Made by a program: the position numbers and the translations under genes | Shown: one piece after another, positions 33,301 to 48,300 of the stretch | Layout: every line of letters begins with the position of its first letter | Position numbering within the stretch: the stretch's first letter is position 1 | Assembly: GCF_046119375.1 (NCBI RefSeq) | Contig: NW_027362770.1 | Span: 194,494,001 to 194,558,000, forward strand | From: Phyllobates terribilis | Taxonomy: Eukaryota | Direction: 5' to 3' | Length of the DNA: 64,000 nucleotides | Notes under the pieces: model-generated | The model's input: only the letters and a program-made list of their open reading frames with translations | Databases searched by the model: none | Told to the model about the DNA's origin: nothing

Positions 33301-36300
33301 GAGGAGCAGACTGTGGTGTCTTATATCCCACATTACAGGAGGAGCAGACTGTGGTGTCTTATATCCCACATTACAGGGGGAGCAGACTGTGGAGTCTTAT
33401 ATCCCACAGTACAGGTGGAGCAGACTGTGGTGTCTTATATCCCACATTACAGGAGGAGCAGACTGTGGTGTCTTATATCCCACATTACAGGGGGAGCAGA
33501 CTGTGGTGTCTTATATCCCACATTACAGGAGGAGCAGACTGTGGTGTTTTATATCCCACATTACAGGAGGAGCAGACTGTGGTGTCTTATATCCCACATT
33601 ACAGGGGGAGCAGACTGTGGTGTCTTATATCCCACATTACAGGAGGAGCAGACTGTGGTGTCTTATATCCCCACATTACAGGAGGAGCAGACTGTGTGTC
33701 TTATATCCCACATTACAGGAGGAGCAGACTGTGGTGTCTTATATCCCCACATTACAGGAGGAGCAGACTGTGGTGTCTTATATCCCCACATTACAGGAGG
33801 AGCAGACTGTGGTGTCTTATATCCCACATTACAGGAGGAGCAGACGGTGGTGTCTTATATCCCACATTACAGGAGGAGAAGACTGTGGTGTCTTATATCC
33901 CACATTACAGGAGGAGCAGACTGTGGTGTCTTATATCCCACATTACAGGAGGAGAAGACTGTGGTGTCTTATATCCCACATTACAGGAGGAGCAGACTGT
34001 GGTGTCTTATATTCCACATTACAGGAGGAGCAGACTGTGGTGTCTTATATCCCCACATTACAGGAGGAGCAGACTGTGGTGTCTTATATCCCACATTACA
34101 GGTGGAGCAGACTGTGGTGTCTTATATCCCACATTACAGGAGGAGCAGACTGTGGTGTCTTATATCCCACATTACAGGAGGAGCAGACTGTGGTGTCTTA
34201 TATCCCACATTACAGGAGGAGAAGACTGTGGTGTCTTATATCCCACATTACAGGAGGAGCAGACTGTGGTGTCATATCCCACATTACAGGTGGAGCAGAC
34301 TGTGGTGTCTTATATCCCACATTACAGGAGGAGCAGACTGTGGTGTCTTATATCCCACATTACAGGGGGAGCAGACTGTGGTGTCTTATATTCCACATTA
34401 CAGGTGGAGTAGACTGGTGTTTTATATCCCACATTACAGGTGGAGCAGACTGTGGTGTATTATATCCCACATTACAGGAGGAGCAGACTGTGGTGTCTTA
34501 TATCCCACATTACAGGTGGAGCAGACTGTGGTGTCTTATATCTCACATTACAGGTGGAGCAGACTGTGGTGTCTTATATCCCACATTACAGGAGGAGCAG
34601 ACTGTGGTGTCTTATATCCCACATTACAGGTGGAGCAGACTGTGGTGTCTTATATCCCACATTACAGGAGGAGCAGACTGTGGTGTCTTATATCCCCACT
34701 GTACAGGTGGAGCAGACTGTGGTGTCTTATATCCCACATTACAGGAGGAGCAGACTGTGGTGTCTTATATCCCACATTACAGGAGGAGCAGACTGTGGTG
34801 TCTTATATCCCACATTACAGGAGGAGCAGACTGTGGTGTCTTATATCCCACATTACAGGAGGAGCAGACTGTAGTGTCTTATATCCCCACTGTACAGGTG
34901 GAGCAGACTGTGGTGTCTTATATCCCCACTGTACAGGTGGAGCAGACTGTGGTGTCTTATATCCCACATTACAGGAGGAGCAGACTGTGGTGTCTTATAT
35001 CCCACATTACAGGAGGAGCAGACTGTGGTGTCTTATATCCCCACTGTACAGGTGGAGCAGACTGTGGTGTCTTATATCCCACATTACAGGAGGAGCAGAC
35101 TGTGGTGTCTTATATCCCACATTACAGGGGGAGCAGACTGTGGTGTCTTATATCCCACATTACAGGAGGAGCAGACTGTGGTGTCTTATATCCCACATTA
35201 CAGGTGGAGCAGACTGTGGTGTCTTATATCCCACATTACAGGAGGAGCAGACTGTGGTGTATTATATCCCACATTACAGGTGGAGCAGACTGTGGTGTCT
35301 TATATTCCACATTACAGGTGGAGCAGACTGTGGTGTCTTATATTCCACATTACAGGTGGAGTAGACTGTGGTGTTTTATATCCCACATTACAGGTGGAGC
35401 AGACTGTGGTGTTTTATATCCCACATTACAGGTGGAGCAGACTGTGGTGTATTATATCCCACATTACAGGAGGAGCAGACTGTGGTGTCTTATATCCCAC
35501 ATTACAGGAGGAGCAGACTGTGGTGTATTATATCCCACATTACAGGAGGAGCAGACTGTGGTGTCTTATATCCCACATTACAGGAGGAGCAGACTGTGGT
35601 GTCTTATATCCCACATTACAGGAGGAGCAGACTGTGGTGTCTTATATCCCACATTACAGGAGGAGCAGACTGTGGTGTCTTATATCCCACATTACAGGTG
35701 GAGCAGACTGTGGTGTCTTATATCCCACATTACAGGGGGAGCAGACTGTGGTGTCTTATATCCCACATTACAGGAGGAGCAGACTGTGGTGTATTATATC
35801 CCACATTACAGGAGGAGCAGACTGTGGTGTCTTATATCCCACATTACAGGTGGAGCAGACTGTGGTGTCTTATATCCCACATTACAGGTGGAGCAGACTG
35901 TGGTGTCTTATATCCCACATTACAGGAGGAGCAGACTGTGGTGTCTTATATCCCACATTACAGGAGGAGCAGACTGTGGTGTCTTATATCCCACATTACA
36001 GGAGGAGCAGACTGTGGTGTCTTATATCCCACATTACAGGTGGAGCAGACTGTGGTGTCTTATATCCCACATTACAGGAGGAGCAGACTGTGGTGTATTA
36101 TATCCCACATTACAGGAGGAGCAGACTGTGGTGTCTTATATCCCACATTACAGGTGGAGCAGACTGTGGTGTCTTATATCCCACATTACAGGTGGAGCAG
36201 ACTGTGGTGTCTTATATCCCACATTACAGGAGGAGCAGACTGTGGTGTATTATATCCCACATTACAGGAGGAGCAGACTGTGGTGTCTTATATCCCACAT

Positions 36301-39300
36301 TACAGGAGGAGCAGACTGTGGTGTCTTATATCCCACATTACAGGAGGAGCAGACTGTGGTGTCTTATATCCCACATTACAGGTGGAGCAGACTGTGGTGT
36401 CTTATATCTCACATTACAGGAGGAGCAGACTGTGGTGTATTATATCCCACATTACAGGAGGAGCAGACTGTGGTGTCTTATATCCCACATTACAGGAGGA
36501 GCAGACTGTGGTGTCTTATATCCCACATTACAGGAGGAGCAGACTGTGGTGTCTTATATCCCACATTACAGGAGGAGCTGACTGTGGTGTCTTCTATCCC
36601 CACATTACAGGAGGAGCAGACTGTAGTGTCTTATATCCCACATTACAGGTGGAGCAGACTGTGGTGTATTATATCCCACATTACAGGAGGAGCAGACTGT
36701 GGTGTCTTATATCCCACATTACAGGAGGAGCAGACTGTGGTGTCTTATATCCCACATTACAGGAGGAGCTGACTGTGGTGTCTTCTATCCCCACATTACA
36801 GGTGGAGCAGACTGTGGTGTCTTATATCCCACATTACAGGTGGAGCAGACTGTGGTGTCTTATATCCCCACAGTACAGGAGGAGCAGACTGTGGTGTCTT
36901 ATATCCCACATTACAGGTGGAGCAGCCTGTGGTGTCTTATATCCCACATTACAGGTGGAGCAGACTGTGGTGTCTTCTATCCCCACATTACAGGAGGAGC
37001 AGACTGTGGTGTCTTCTATCCCCACATTACAGGTGGAGCAGACTGTGGTGTCTTATATCCCACATTACAGGTGGAGCAGACTGTGGTGTCTTATATCCCC
37101 ACAGTACAGGAGGAGCAGACTGTGGTGTCCCACATTACAGGTGAAGCAGACTGTGGTGTCCCACATTACAGGTGAAGCAGACTGTGGTGTCCCACATTAC
37201 AGGTGAAGCAGACTGTGGTGTCCCACATTACAGGTGAAGCAGACTGTGGTGTCCCACATTACAGGTGAAGCAGACTGTGGTGTCCCACATTACAGGTGGA
37301 GCAGACTGTGGTGTCTTATATCCCACATTACAGGTGGAGCAGACTGTGGTGTCTTATATCCCACATTACAGGTGGAGAAGACTGTGGTGTCTTATATCCC
37401 ACATTACAGGTGGAGCAGACTGTGGTGTCTTATATCCCACATTACAGGAGGAGCAGACTGTGGTGTCTTATATCCCACATTACAGGAGGAGCAGACTGTG
37501 GTGTCTTATATCCCACATTACAGGTGGAGCAGACTGTGGTGTCTTATATCCCACATTACAGGTGGAGCAGACTGTGGTGTCTTATATCCCACATTACAGG
37601 TGGAGCAGACTGTGGTGTCTTATATCCCACATTACAGGTGGAGCAGACTGTGGTGTCTTATATCCCACATTACAGGAGGAGCAGACTGTGGTGTCTTATA
37701 TCCCACATTACAGGTGGAGCAGACTGTGGTGTCTTATATCCCACATTACAGGTGGAGCAGACTGTAGTGTCTTATATCCCACATTACAGGTGGAGCAGAC
37801 TGTGGTGTCTTATATCCCACATTACAGGAGGAGCAGACTGTGGTGTCTTATATCCCACATTACAGGAGGAGCAGACTGTGGTGTCTTATATCCCACATTA
37901 CAGGAGGAGCAGACTGTGGTGTCTTATATCCCACATTACAGGAGGAGCAGACTGTGGTGTCTTATATCCCACATTACAGGAGGAGCAGACTGTGGTGTCT
38001 TATATCCCACATTACAGGAGGAGCAGACTGTGGTGTATTATATCCCACATTACAGGAGGAGCAGACTGTGGTGTCTTATATCCCACATTACAGGTGGAGC
38101 AGACTGTGGTGTCTTATATCCCACATTACAGGAGGAGCAGACTGTGGTGTCTTATATCCCACATTACAGGAGGAGCAGACTGTGGTGTCTTATATCCCAC
38201 ATTACAGGAGGAGCAGACTGTAGTGTCTTATATCCCACATTACAGGAGGAGCAGACTGTAGTGTCTTATATCCCACATTACAGGTGGAGCAGACTGTGGT
38301 GTCTTATATCCCACATTACAGGAGGAGCAGACTGTGGTGTCTTATATTCCACATTACAGGAGGAGCAGACTGTGGTGTCTTATATCCCCACATTACAGGA
38401 GGAGCAGACTGTGGTGTCTTATATTCCACATTACAGGGGGAGCAGACTGTGGTGTCTTATATCCCACATTACAGGAGGAGCAGACTGTGGTGTCTTATAT
38501 TCCACATTACAGGGGGAGCAGACTGTGGTGTCTTATATCCCACATTACAGGGGGAGCAGACTGTGGTGTCTTATATCCCACATTACAGGAGGAGCAGACT
38601 GTGGTGTCTTATATTCCACATTACAGGAGGAGCAGACTGTGGTGTCTTATATCCCCACATTACAGGAGGAGCAGACTGTGGTGTCTTATATTCCACATTA
38701 CAGGGGGAGCAGACTGTGGTGTCTTATATTCCACATTACAGGAGGAGCAGACTGTGGTGTCTTATATCCCACATTACAGGAGGAGCAGACTGTGGTGTCT
38801 TATATTCCACATTACAGGAGGAGCAGACTGTGGTGTCTTATATCCCACATTACAGGAGGAGCAGACTGTGGTGTCTTATATCCCACATTACAGGAGGAGC
38901 AGACTGTGGTGTCTTATATCCCACATTACAGGTGGAGCAGACTGTGGTGTCTTATATCCCACATTACAGGAGGAGCAGACTGTGGTGTCTTATATTCCAC
39001 ATTACAGGAGGAGCAGACTGTGGTGTCTTATATCCCACATTACAGGAGGAGCAGACTGTGGTGTCTTATATCCCACATTACAGGTGGAGCAGACTGTGGT
39101 GTCTTATATCCCACATTACAGGAGGAGCAGACTGTGGTGTCTTATATCCCACATTACAGGAGGAGCAGACTGTGGTGTCTTATATCCCACATTACAGGAG
39201 GAGCAGACTGTGGTGTCTTATATCCCACATTACAGGTGGAGCAGACTGTGGTGTCTTATATCCCACATTACAGGAGGAGCAGACTGTGGTGTCTTATATC

Positions 39301-42300
39301 CCACATTACAGGAGGAGCAGACTGTAGTGTCTTATATCCCACATTACAGGAGGAGCAGACTGTGGTGTCTTATATCCCCACTGTACAGGTGGAGCAGACT
39401 GTGGTGTCTTATATCCCACATTACAGGAGGAGCAGACTGTGGTGTCTTATATCCCACATTACAGGTGGAGCAGACTGTGGTGTCTTATATCCCACATTAC
39501 AGGAGGAGCAGACTGTGGTGTCTTATATCCCACATTACAGGAGGAGCAGACTGTGGTGTCTTATATCCCACATTACAGGAGGAGCAGACTGTGGTGTCTT
39601 ATATCCCACATTACAGGAGGAGCAGACTGTGGTGTCTTATATCCCACATTACAGGTGGAGCAGACTGTGGTGTCTTATATTCCACATTACAGGAGGAGCA
39701 GACTGTGGTGTCTTATATCCCACATTACAGGAGGAGCAGACTGTGGTGTCTTATATCCCACATTACAGGAGGAGCAGACTGTGGTGTCTTATATCCCACA
39801 TTACAGGTGGAGCAGACTGTGGTGTCTTATATCCCACATTACAGGAGGAGCAGACTGTGGTGTCTTATATCCCACATTACAGGAGGAGCAGACTGTAGTG
39901 TCTTATATCCCACATTACAGGAGGAGCAGACTGTGGTGTCTTATATCCCCACTGTACAGGTGGAGCAGACTGTGGTGTCTTATATCCCACATTACAGGAG
40001 GAGCAGACTGTGGTGTCTTATATCCCACATTACAGGTGGAGCAGACTGTGGTGTCTTATATCCCACATTACAGGAGGAGCAGACTGTGGTGTCTTATATC
40101 CCACATTACAGGAGGAGCAGACTGTGGTGTCTTATATCCCACATTACAGGAGGAGCAGACTGTGGTGTCTTATATCCCACATTACAGGGGGAGCAGACTG
40201 TGGAGTCTTATATCCCACAGTACAGGTGGAGCAGACTGTGGTGTCTTATATCCCACATTACAGGAGGAGCAGACTGTGGAGTCTTATATCCCACAGTACA
40301 GGTGGAGCAGACTGTAGTGTCTTATATCCCACATTACAGGAGGAGCAGACTGTGGTGTCTTATATCCCACATTATAGGGGGAGCAGACTGTGGTGTCTTA
40401 TATCCCACATTACAGGTGGAGCAGACTGTGGTGTCTTATATCCCACAGTACAGGTGGAGCAGACTGTGGTGTCTTATATCCCACATTACAGGGGGAGCAG
40501 ACTGTGGTGTCTTATATCCCATATTACAGGAGGAGCAGACTGTGGTGTCTTATATCCCACATTACAGGGGGAGCAGACTGTGGTGTCTTATATCCCCACA
40601 TTACAGGAGGAGCAGACTGTGGTGTCTTATATCCCACATTACAGGGGGAGCAGACTGTGGTGTCTTATATCCCACATTACAGGAGGAGCAGACTGTGGTG
40701 TCTTATATCCCCACATTACAGGAGGAGCAGACTGTGGTGTCTTATATCCCACATTACAGGAGGAGCAGACTGTGGTGTCTTATATCCCCACATTACAGGA
40801 GGAGCAGACTGTGGTGTCTTATATCCCACATTACAGGAGGAGCAGACTGTGGTGTCTTATATCCCCACATTACAGGAGGAGCAGACTGTGGTGTCTTATA
40901 TCCCACATTACAGGAGGAGCAGACTGTGGTGTCTTATATCCCACATTACAGGAGGAGAAGACTGTGGTGTCTTATATCCCACATTACAGGAGGAGCAGAC
41001 TGTGGTGTCTTATATCCCACATTACAGGAGGAGAAGACTGTGGTGTCTTATATCCCACATTACAGGAGGAGCAGACTGTGGTGTCATATCCCACATTACA
41101 GGTGGAGCAGACTGTGGTGTCTTATATCCCACATTACAGGAGGAGCAGACTGTGGTGTCTTATATCCCACATTACAGGGGGAGCAGACTGTGGTGTCTTA
41201 TATTCCACATTACAGGAGGAGCAGACTGTGGTGTCTTATATCCCACATTACAGGAGGAGCAGACTGTGGTGTCTTATATCCCACATTACAGGAGGAGCAG
41301 ACTGTGGTGTCTTATATCCCACATTACAGGAGGAGCAGACTGTGGTGTATTATATCCCACATTACAGGTGGAGCAGACTGTGGTGTCTTATATCTCACAT
41401 TACAGGTGGAGCAGACTGTGGTGTCTTATATCCCACATTACAGGAGGAGCAGACTGTGGTGTCTTATATCCCACATTACAGGTGGAGCAGACTGTGGTGT
41501 CTTATATCCCACATTACAGGAGGAGCAGACTGTGGTGTCTTATATCCCACATTACAGGAGGAGCAGACTGTAGTGTCTTATATCCCCACTGTACAGGTGG
41601 AGCAGACTGTGGTGTCTTATATCCCCACTGTACAGGTGGAGCAGACTGTGGTGTCTTATATCCCACATTACAAGAGGAGCAGACTGTGGTGTCTTATATC
41701 CCACATTACAGGAGGAGCAGACTGTGGTGTCTTATATCCCCACTGTACAGGTGGAGCAGACTGTGGTGTCTTATATCCCACATTACAGGAGGAGCAGACT
41801 GTGGTGTCTTATATCCCACATTATAGGGGGAGCAGACTGTGGTGTCTTATATCCCACATTACAGGAGGAGCAGACTGTGGTGTCTTATATCCCACATTAC
41901 AGGAGGAGCAGACTGTGGTGTTTTATATCCCACATTACAGGGGGAGCAGACTGTGGTGTCTTATATTCCACATTACAGGGGGAGCAGACTGTGGTGTCTT
42001 ATATCCCACATTACAGGAGGAGCAGACTGTGGTGTTTTATATCCCACATTACAGGTGGAGCAGACTGTGGTGTTTTATATCCCACATTACAGGTGGAGCA
42101 GACTGTGGTGTATTATATTCCACATTACAGGAGGAGCAGACTGTGGTGTCTTATATCCCACATTACAGGAGGAGCAGACTGTGGTGTATTATATTCCACA
42201 TTACAGGAGGAGCAGACTGTGGTGTCTTATATCCCACATTACAGGAGGAGCAGACTGTGGTGTCTTATATCCCACATTACAGGTGGAGCAGACTGTGGTG

Positions 42301-45300
42301 TCTTATATCCCACATTACAGGAGGAGCAGACTGTGGTGTCTTATATCCCACATTACAGGAGGAGCAGACTGTGGTGTCTTATATCCCACATTACAGGAGG
42401 AGCAGACTGTGGTGTCTTATATCCCACATTACAGGAGGAGCAGACTGGTGTCTTATATCCCACATTACAGGTGGAGCAGACTGTGGTGTCTTATATCCCA
42501 CATTACAGGTGGAGCAGACTGTGGTGTCTTATATCCCCACAGTACAGGAGGAGCAGACTGTGGTGTCTTATATCCCACATTACAGGTGGAGCAGCCTGTG
42601 GTGTCTTCTATCCCACATTACAGGTGGAGCAGACTGTGGTGTCTTCTATCCCCACATTACAGGAGGAGCAGACTGTGGTGTCTTCTATCCCCACATTACA
42701 GGTGGAGCAGACTGTGGTGTCTTATATCCCACATTACAGGTGGAGCAGACTGTGGTGTCTTATATCCCCACAGTACAGGAGGAGCAGACTGTGGTGTCCC
42801 ACATTACAGGTGAAGCAGACTGTGGTGTCCCACATTACAGGTGAAGCAGACTGTGGTGTCCCACATTACAGGTGAAGCAGACTGTGGTGTCCCACATTAC
42901 AGGTGAAGCAGACTGTGGTGTCCCACATTACAGGTGGAGCAGACTGTGGTGTCTTATATCCCACATTACAGGTGGAGCAGACTGTGGTGTCTTATATCCC
43001 ACATTACAGGTGGAGAAGACTGTGGTGTCTTATATCCCACATTACAGGAGGAGCAGACTGTGGTGTCTTATATCCCACATTACAGGTGGAGCAGACTGTG
43101 GTGTCTTATATCCCACATTACAGGTGGAGCAGACTGTGGTGTCTTATATCCCACATTACAGGTGGAGCAGACTGTGGTGTCTTATATCCCACAGTACAGG
43201 TGGAGCAGACTGTGGTGTCTTATATCCCACAGTACAGGTGGAGCAGACTGTGGTGTCTTATATCCCACATTACAGGAGGAGCAGACTGTGGTGTCTTATA
43301 TCCCACATTACAGGTGGAGCAGACTGTGGTGTCTTATATCCCACATTACAGGAGGAGCAGACTGTGGTGTCTTATATCCCACATTACAGGAGGAGCAGAA
43401 TGTGGTGTCTTATATCCCACATTACAGGAGGAGCAGACTGTGGTGTCTTATATCCCACATTACAGGTGGAGCAGACTGTGGTGTCTTATATTCCACATTA
43501 CAGGTGGAGCAGACTGTGGTGTCTTATATTCCACATTACAGGTGGAGCAGACTGTGGTGTCTTATATCCCCACAGTACAGGAGGAGCAGACTGTGGTGTC
43601 TTATATCCCACATTACAGGTGGAGCAGCCTGTGGTGTCTTCTATCCCACATTACAGGTGGAGCAGACTGTGGTGTCTTCTATCCCCACATTACAGGAGGA
43701 GCAGACTGTGGTGTCTTCTATCCCCACATTACAGGTGGAGCAGACTGTGGTGTCTTATATCCCCACAGTACAGGAGGAGCAGACTGTGGTGTCCCACATT
43801 ACAGGTGAAGCAGACTGTGGTGTCCCACATTACAGGTGAAGCAGACTGTGGTGTCCCACATTACAGGTGAAGCAGACTGTGGTGTCCCACATTACAGGTG
43901 AAGCAGACTGTGGTGTCCCACATTACAGGTGAAGCAGACTGTGGTGTCCCACATTACAGGTGGAGCAGACTGTGGTGTCTTATATCCCACATTACAGGTG
44001 GAGCAGACTGTGGTGTCTTATATCCCACATTACAGGTGGAGAAGACTGTGGTGTCTTATATCCCACATTACAGGTGGAGCAGACTGTGGTGTCTTATATC
44101 CCACAGTACAGGTGGAGCAGACTGTGGTGTCTTATATCCCACATTACAGGTGGAGCAGACTGTGGTGTCTTATATCCCACAGTACAGGTGGAGCAGACTG
44201 TGGTGTCCCACATTACAGGAGGAGCAGACTGTGGTGTCTTATATCCCACATTACAGGAGGAGCAGACTGTGGTGTCTTATATCCCACATTACAGGTGGAG
44301 CAGACTGTGGTGTCTTATATCCCACAGTACAGGTGGAGCAGACTGTGGTGTCTTATATCCCACAGTACAGGTGGAGCAGACTGTGGTGTCTTATATCCCA
44401 CATTACAGGAGGAGCAGACTGTGGTGTCTTATATCCCACATTACAGGTGGAGCAGACTGTGGTGTCTTATATCCCACATTACAGGTGGAGCAGACTGTGG
44501 TGTCTTATATCCCACATTACAGGTGGAGCAGACTGTGGTGTCTTATATCCCACATTACAGGTGGAGCAGACTGTGGTGTCTTATATCCCACATTACAGGA
44601 GGAGCAGACTGTGGTGTCTTATATCCCACATTACAGGTGGAGCAGACTGTGGTGTCTTATATCCCACATTACAGGTGGAGCAGACTGTAGTGTCTTATAT
44701 CCCACATTACAGGTGGAGCAGACTGTGGTGTCTTATATCCCACATTACAGGAGGAGCAGACTGTGGTGTCTTATATCCCACATTACAGGAGGAGCAGACT
44801 GTGGAGTCTTATATCCCCACATTACAGGAGGAGCAGACTGTGGTGTCTTATATCCCACATTACAGGAGGAGCAGACTGTGGTGTCTTATATCCCACATTA
44901 CAGGAGGAGCAGACTGTGGTGTCTTATATCCCACATTACAGGAGGAGCAGACTGTGGTGTCTTATATCCCACATTACAGGAGGAGCAGACTGTGGTGTCT
45001 TATATCCCACATTACAGGAGGAGCAGACTGTGGTGTCTTATATCCCACATTACAGGTGGAGCAGACTGTGGTGTCTTATATCCCACATTACAGGAGGAGC
45101 AGACTGTGGTGTCTTATATTCCACATTACAGGAGGAGCAGACTGTGGTGTCTTATATCCCACATTACAGGAGGAGCAGACTGTGGTGTCTTATATCCCAC
45201 ATTACAGGTGGAGCAGACTGTGGTGTCTTATATCCCACATTACAGGAGGAGCAGACTGTGGTGTCTTATATTCCACATTACAGGAGGAGCAGACTGTGGT

Positions 45301-48300
45301 GTCTTATATCCCACATTACAGGAGGAGCAGACTGTGGTGTCTTATATCCCACATTACAGGAGGAGCAGACTGTAGTGTCTTATATCCCACATTACAGGAG
45401 GAGCAGACTGTGGTGTCTTATATCCCCACTGTACAGGTGGAGCAGACTGTGGTGTCTTATATCCCACATTACAGGAGGAGCAGATTGTGGTGTCTTATAT
45501 CCCACATTACAGGTGGAGCAGACTGTGGTGTCTTATATCCCACATTACAGGAGGAGCAGACTGTGGTGTCTTATATCCCACATTACAGGAGGAGCAGACT
45601 GTGGTGTCTTATATCCCACATTACAGGAGGAGCAGACTGTGGTGTCTTATATCCCACATTACAGGAGGAGCAGACTGTGGTGTCTTATATCCCACATTAC
45701 AGGGGGAGCAGACTGTGGAGTCTTATATCCCACAGTACAGGTGGAGCAGACTGTGGTGTCTTATATCCCACATTACAGGAGGAGCAGACTGTGGTGTCTT
45801 ATATCCCACATTACAGGGGGAGCAGACTGTGGTGTCTTATATCCCCACATTACAGGAGGAGCAGACTGTGGTGTCTTATATCCCACATTACAGGGGGAGC
45901 AGACTGTGGTGTCTTATATCCCACATTACAGGAGGAGCAGACTGTGGTGTCTTATATCCCCACATTACAGGAGGAGCAGACTGTGGTGTCTTATATCCCA
46001 CATTACAGGAGGAGCAGACTGTGGTGTCTTATATCCCACATTACAGGAGGAGCAGACTGTGGTGTCTTATATCCCACATTACAGGAGGAGAAGACTGTGG
46101 TGTCTTATATCCCACATTACAGGAGGAGCAGACTGTGGTGTCATATCCCACATTACAGGTGGAGCAGACTGTGGTGTCTTATATCCCACATTACAGGAGG
46201 AGCAGACTGTGGTGCCTTATATCCCACATTACAGGGGGAGCAGACTGTGGTGTCTTATATCCCACATTACAGGAGGAGCAGACTGTGGTGTCTTATATCC
46301 CACATTACAGGTGGAGTAGACTGTGGTGTCTTATATCCCACATTACAGGAGGAGCAGACTGTGGTGTCTTATATCCCACATTACAGGAGGAGCAGACTGT
46401 GGTGTCTTATATCCCACATTACAGGAGGAGCAGACTGTGGTGTCTTATATCCCACATTACAGGTGGAGCAGACTGTGGTGTCTTATATCCCACATTACAG
46501 GAGGAGCAGACTGTGGTGTCTTATATTCCACATTACAGGAGGAGCAGACTGTGGTGTCTTATATCCCACATTACAGGAGGAGCAGACTGTGGTGTCTTAT
46601 ATCCCACATTACAGGAGGAGCAGACTGTGGTGTCTTATATCCCACATTACAGGAGGAGCAGACTGTGGTGTCTTATATCCCACATTACAGGTGGAGCAGA
46701 CTGTGGTGTCTTATATCCCACATTACAGGAGGAGCAGACTGTGGTGTCTTATATTCCACATTACAGGAGGAGCAGACTGTGGTGTCTTATATCCCACATT
46801 ACAGGAGGAGCAGACTGTGGTGTCTTATATCCCACATTACAGGTGGAGCAGACTGTGGTGTCTTATATCCCACATTACAGGAGGAGCAGACTGTGGTGTC
46901 TTATATTCCACATTACAGGAGGAGCAGACTGTGGTGTCTTATATCCCACATTACAGGAGGAGCAGACTGTGGTGTCTTATATCCCACATTACAGGAGGAG
47001 CAGACTGTGGTGTCTTATATCCCACATTACAGGTGGAGCAGACTGTGGTGTCTTATATCCCACATTACAGGAGGAGCAGACTGTGGTGTCTTATATCCCA
47101 CATTACAGGAGGAGCAGACTGTGGTGTCTTATATCCCACATTACAGGAGGAGCAGACTGTGGTGTCTTATATCCCACATTACAGGGGGAGCAGACTGTGG
47201 AGTCTTATATCCCACAGTACAGGTGGAGCAGACTGTGGTGTCTTATATCCCACATTACAGGAGGAGCAGACTGTGGTGTCTTATATCCCACATTACAGGG
47301 GGAGCAGACTGTGGTGTCTTATATCCCACATTACAGGTGGAGCAGACTGTGGTGTCTTATATCCCACATTACAGGAGGAGCAGACTGTGGTGTCTTATAT
47401 CCCCACATTACAGGAGGAGCAGACTGTGGTGTCTTATATCCCACATTACAGGAGGAGCAGACTGTGGTGTCTTATATCCCACATTACAGGGGGAGCAGAC
47501 TGTGGTGTCTTATATCCCCACATTACAGGAGGAGCAGACTGTGGTGTCTTATATCCCACATTACAGGGGGAGCAGACTGTGGTGTCTTATATCCCACATT
47601 ACAGGAGGAGCAGACTGTGGTGTCTTATATCCCCACATTACAGGAGGAGCAGACTGTGGTGTCTTATATCCCACATTACAGGAGGAGCAGACTGTGGTGT
47701 CTTATATCCCCACATTACAGGAGGAGCAGACTGTGGTGTCTTATATCCCACATTACAGGAGGAGCAGACTGTGGTGTCTTATATCCCACATTACAGGAGG
47801 AGAAGACTGTGGTGTCTTATATCCCACATTACAGGAGGAGCAGACTGTGGTGTCATATCCCACATTACAGGTGGAGCAGACTGTGGTGTCTTATATCCCA
47901 CATTACAGGAGGAGCAGACTGTGGTGCCTTATATCCCACATTACAGGGGGAGCAGACTGTGGTGTCTTATATTCCACATTACAGGAGGAGCAGACTGTGG
48001 TGTCTTATATTCCACATTACAGGTGGAGCAGACTGTGGTGTCTTATATCTCACATTACAGGTGGAGCAGACTGTGGTGTCTTATATCTCACATTACAGGT
48101 GGAGCAGACTGTGGTGCCTTATATCCCACATTACAGGGGGAGCAGACTGTGGTGTCTTATATTCCACATTACAGGAGGAGCAGACTGTGGTGTCTTATAT
48201 CTCACATTACAGGTGGAGCAGACTGTGGTGTTTTATATCCCACATTACAGGAGGAGTAGACTGGTGTTTTATATCCCACATTACAGGTGGAGCAGACTGT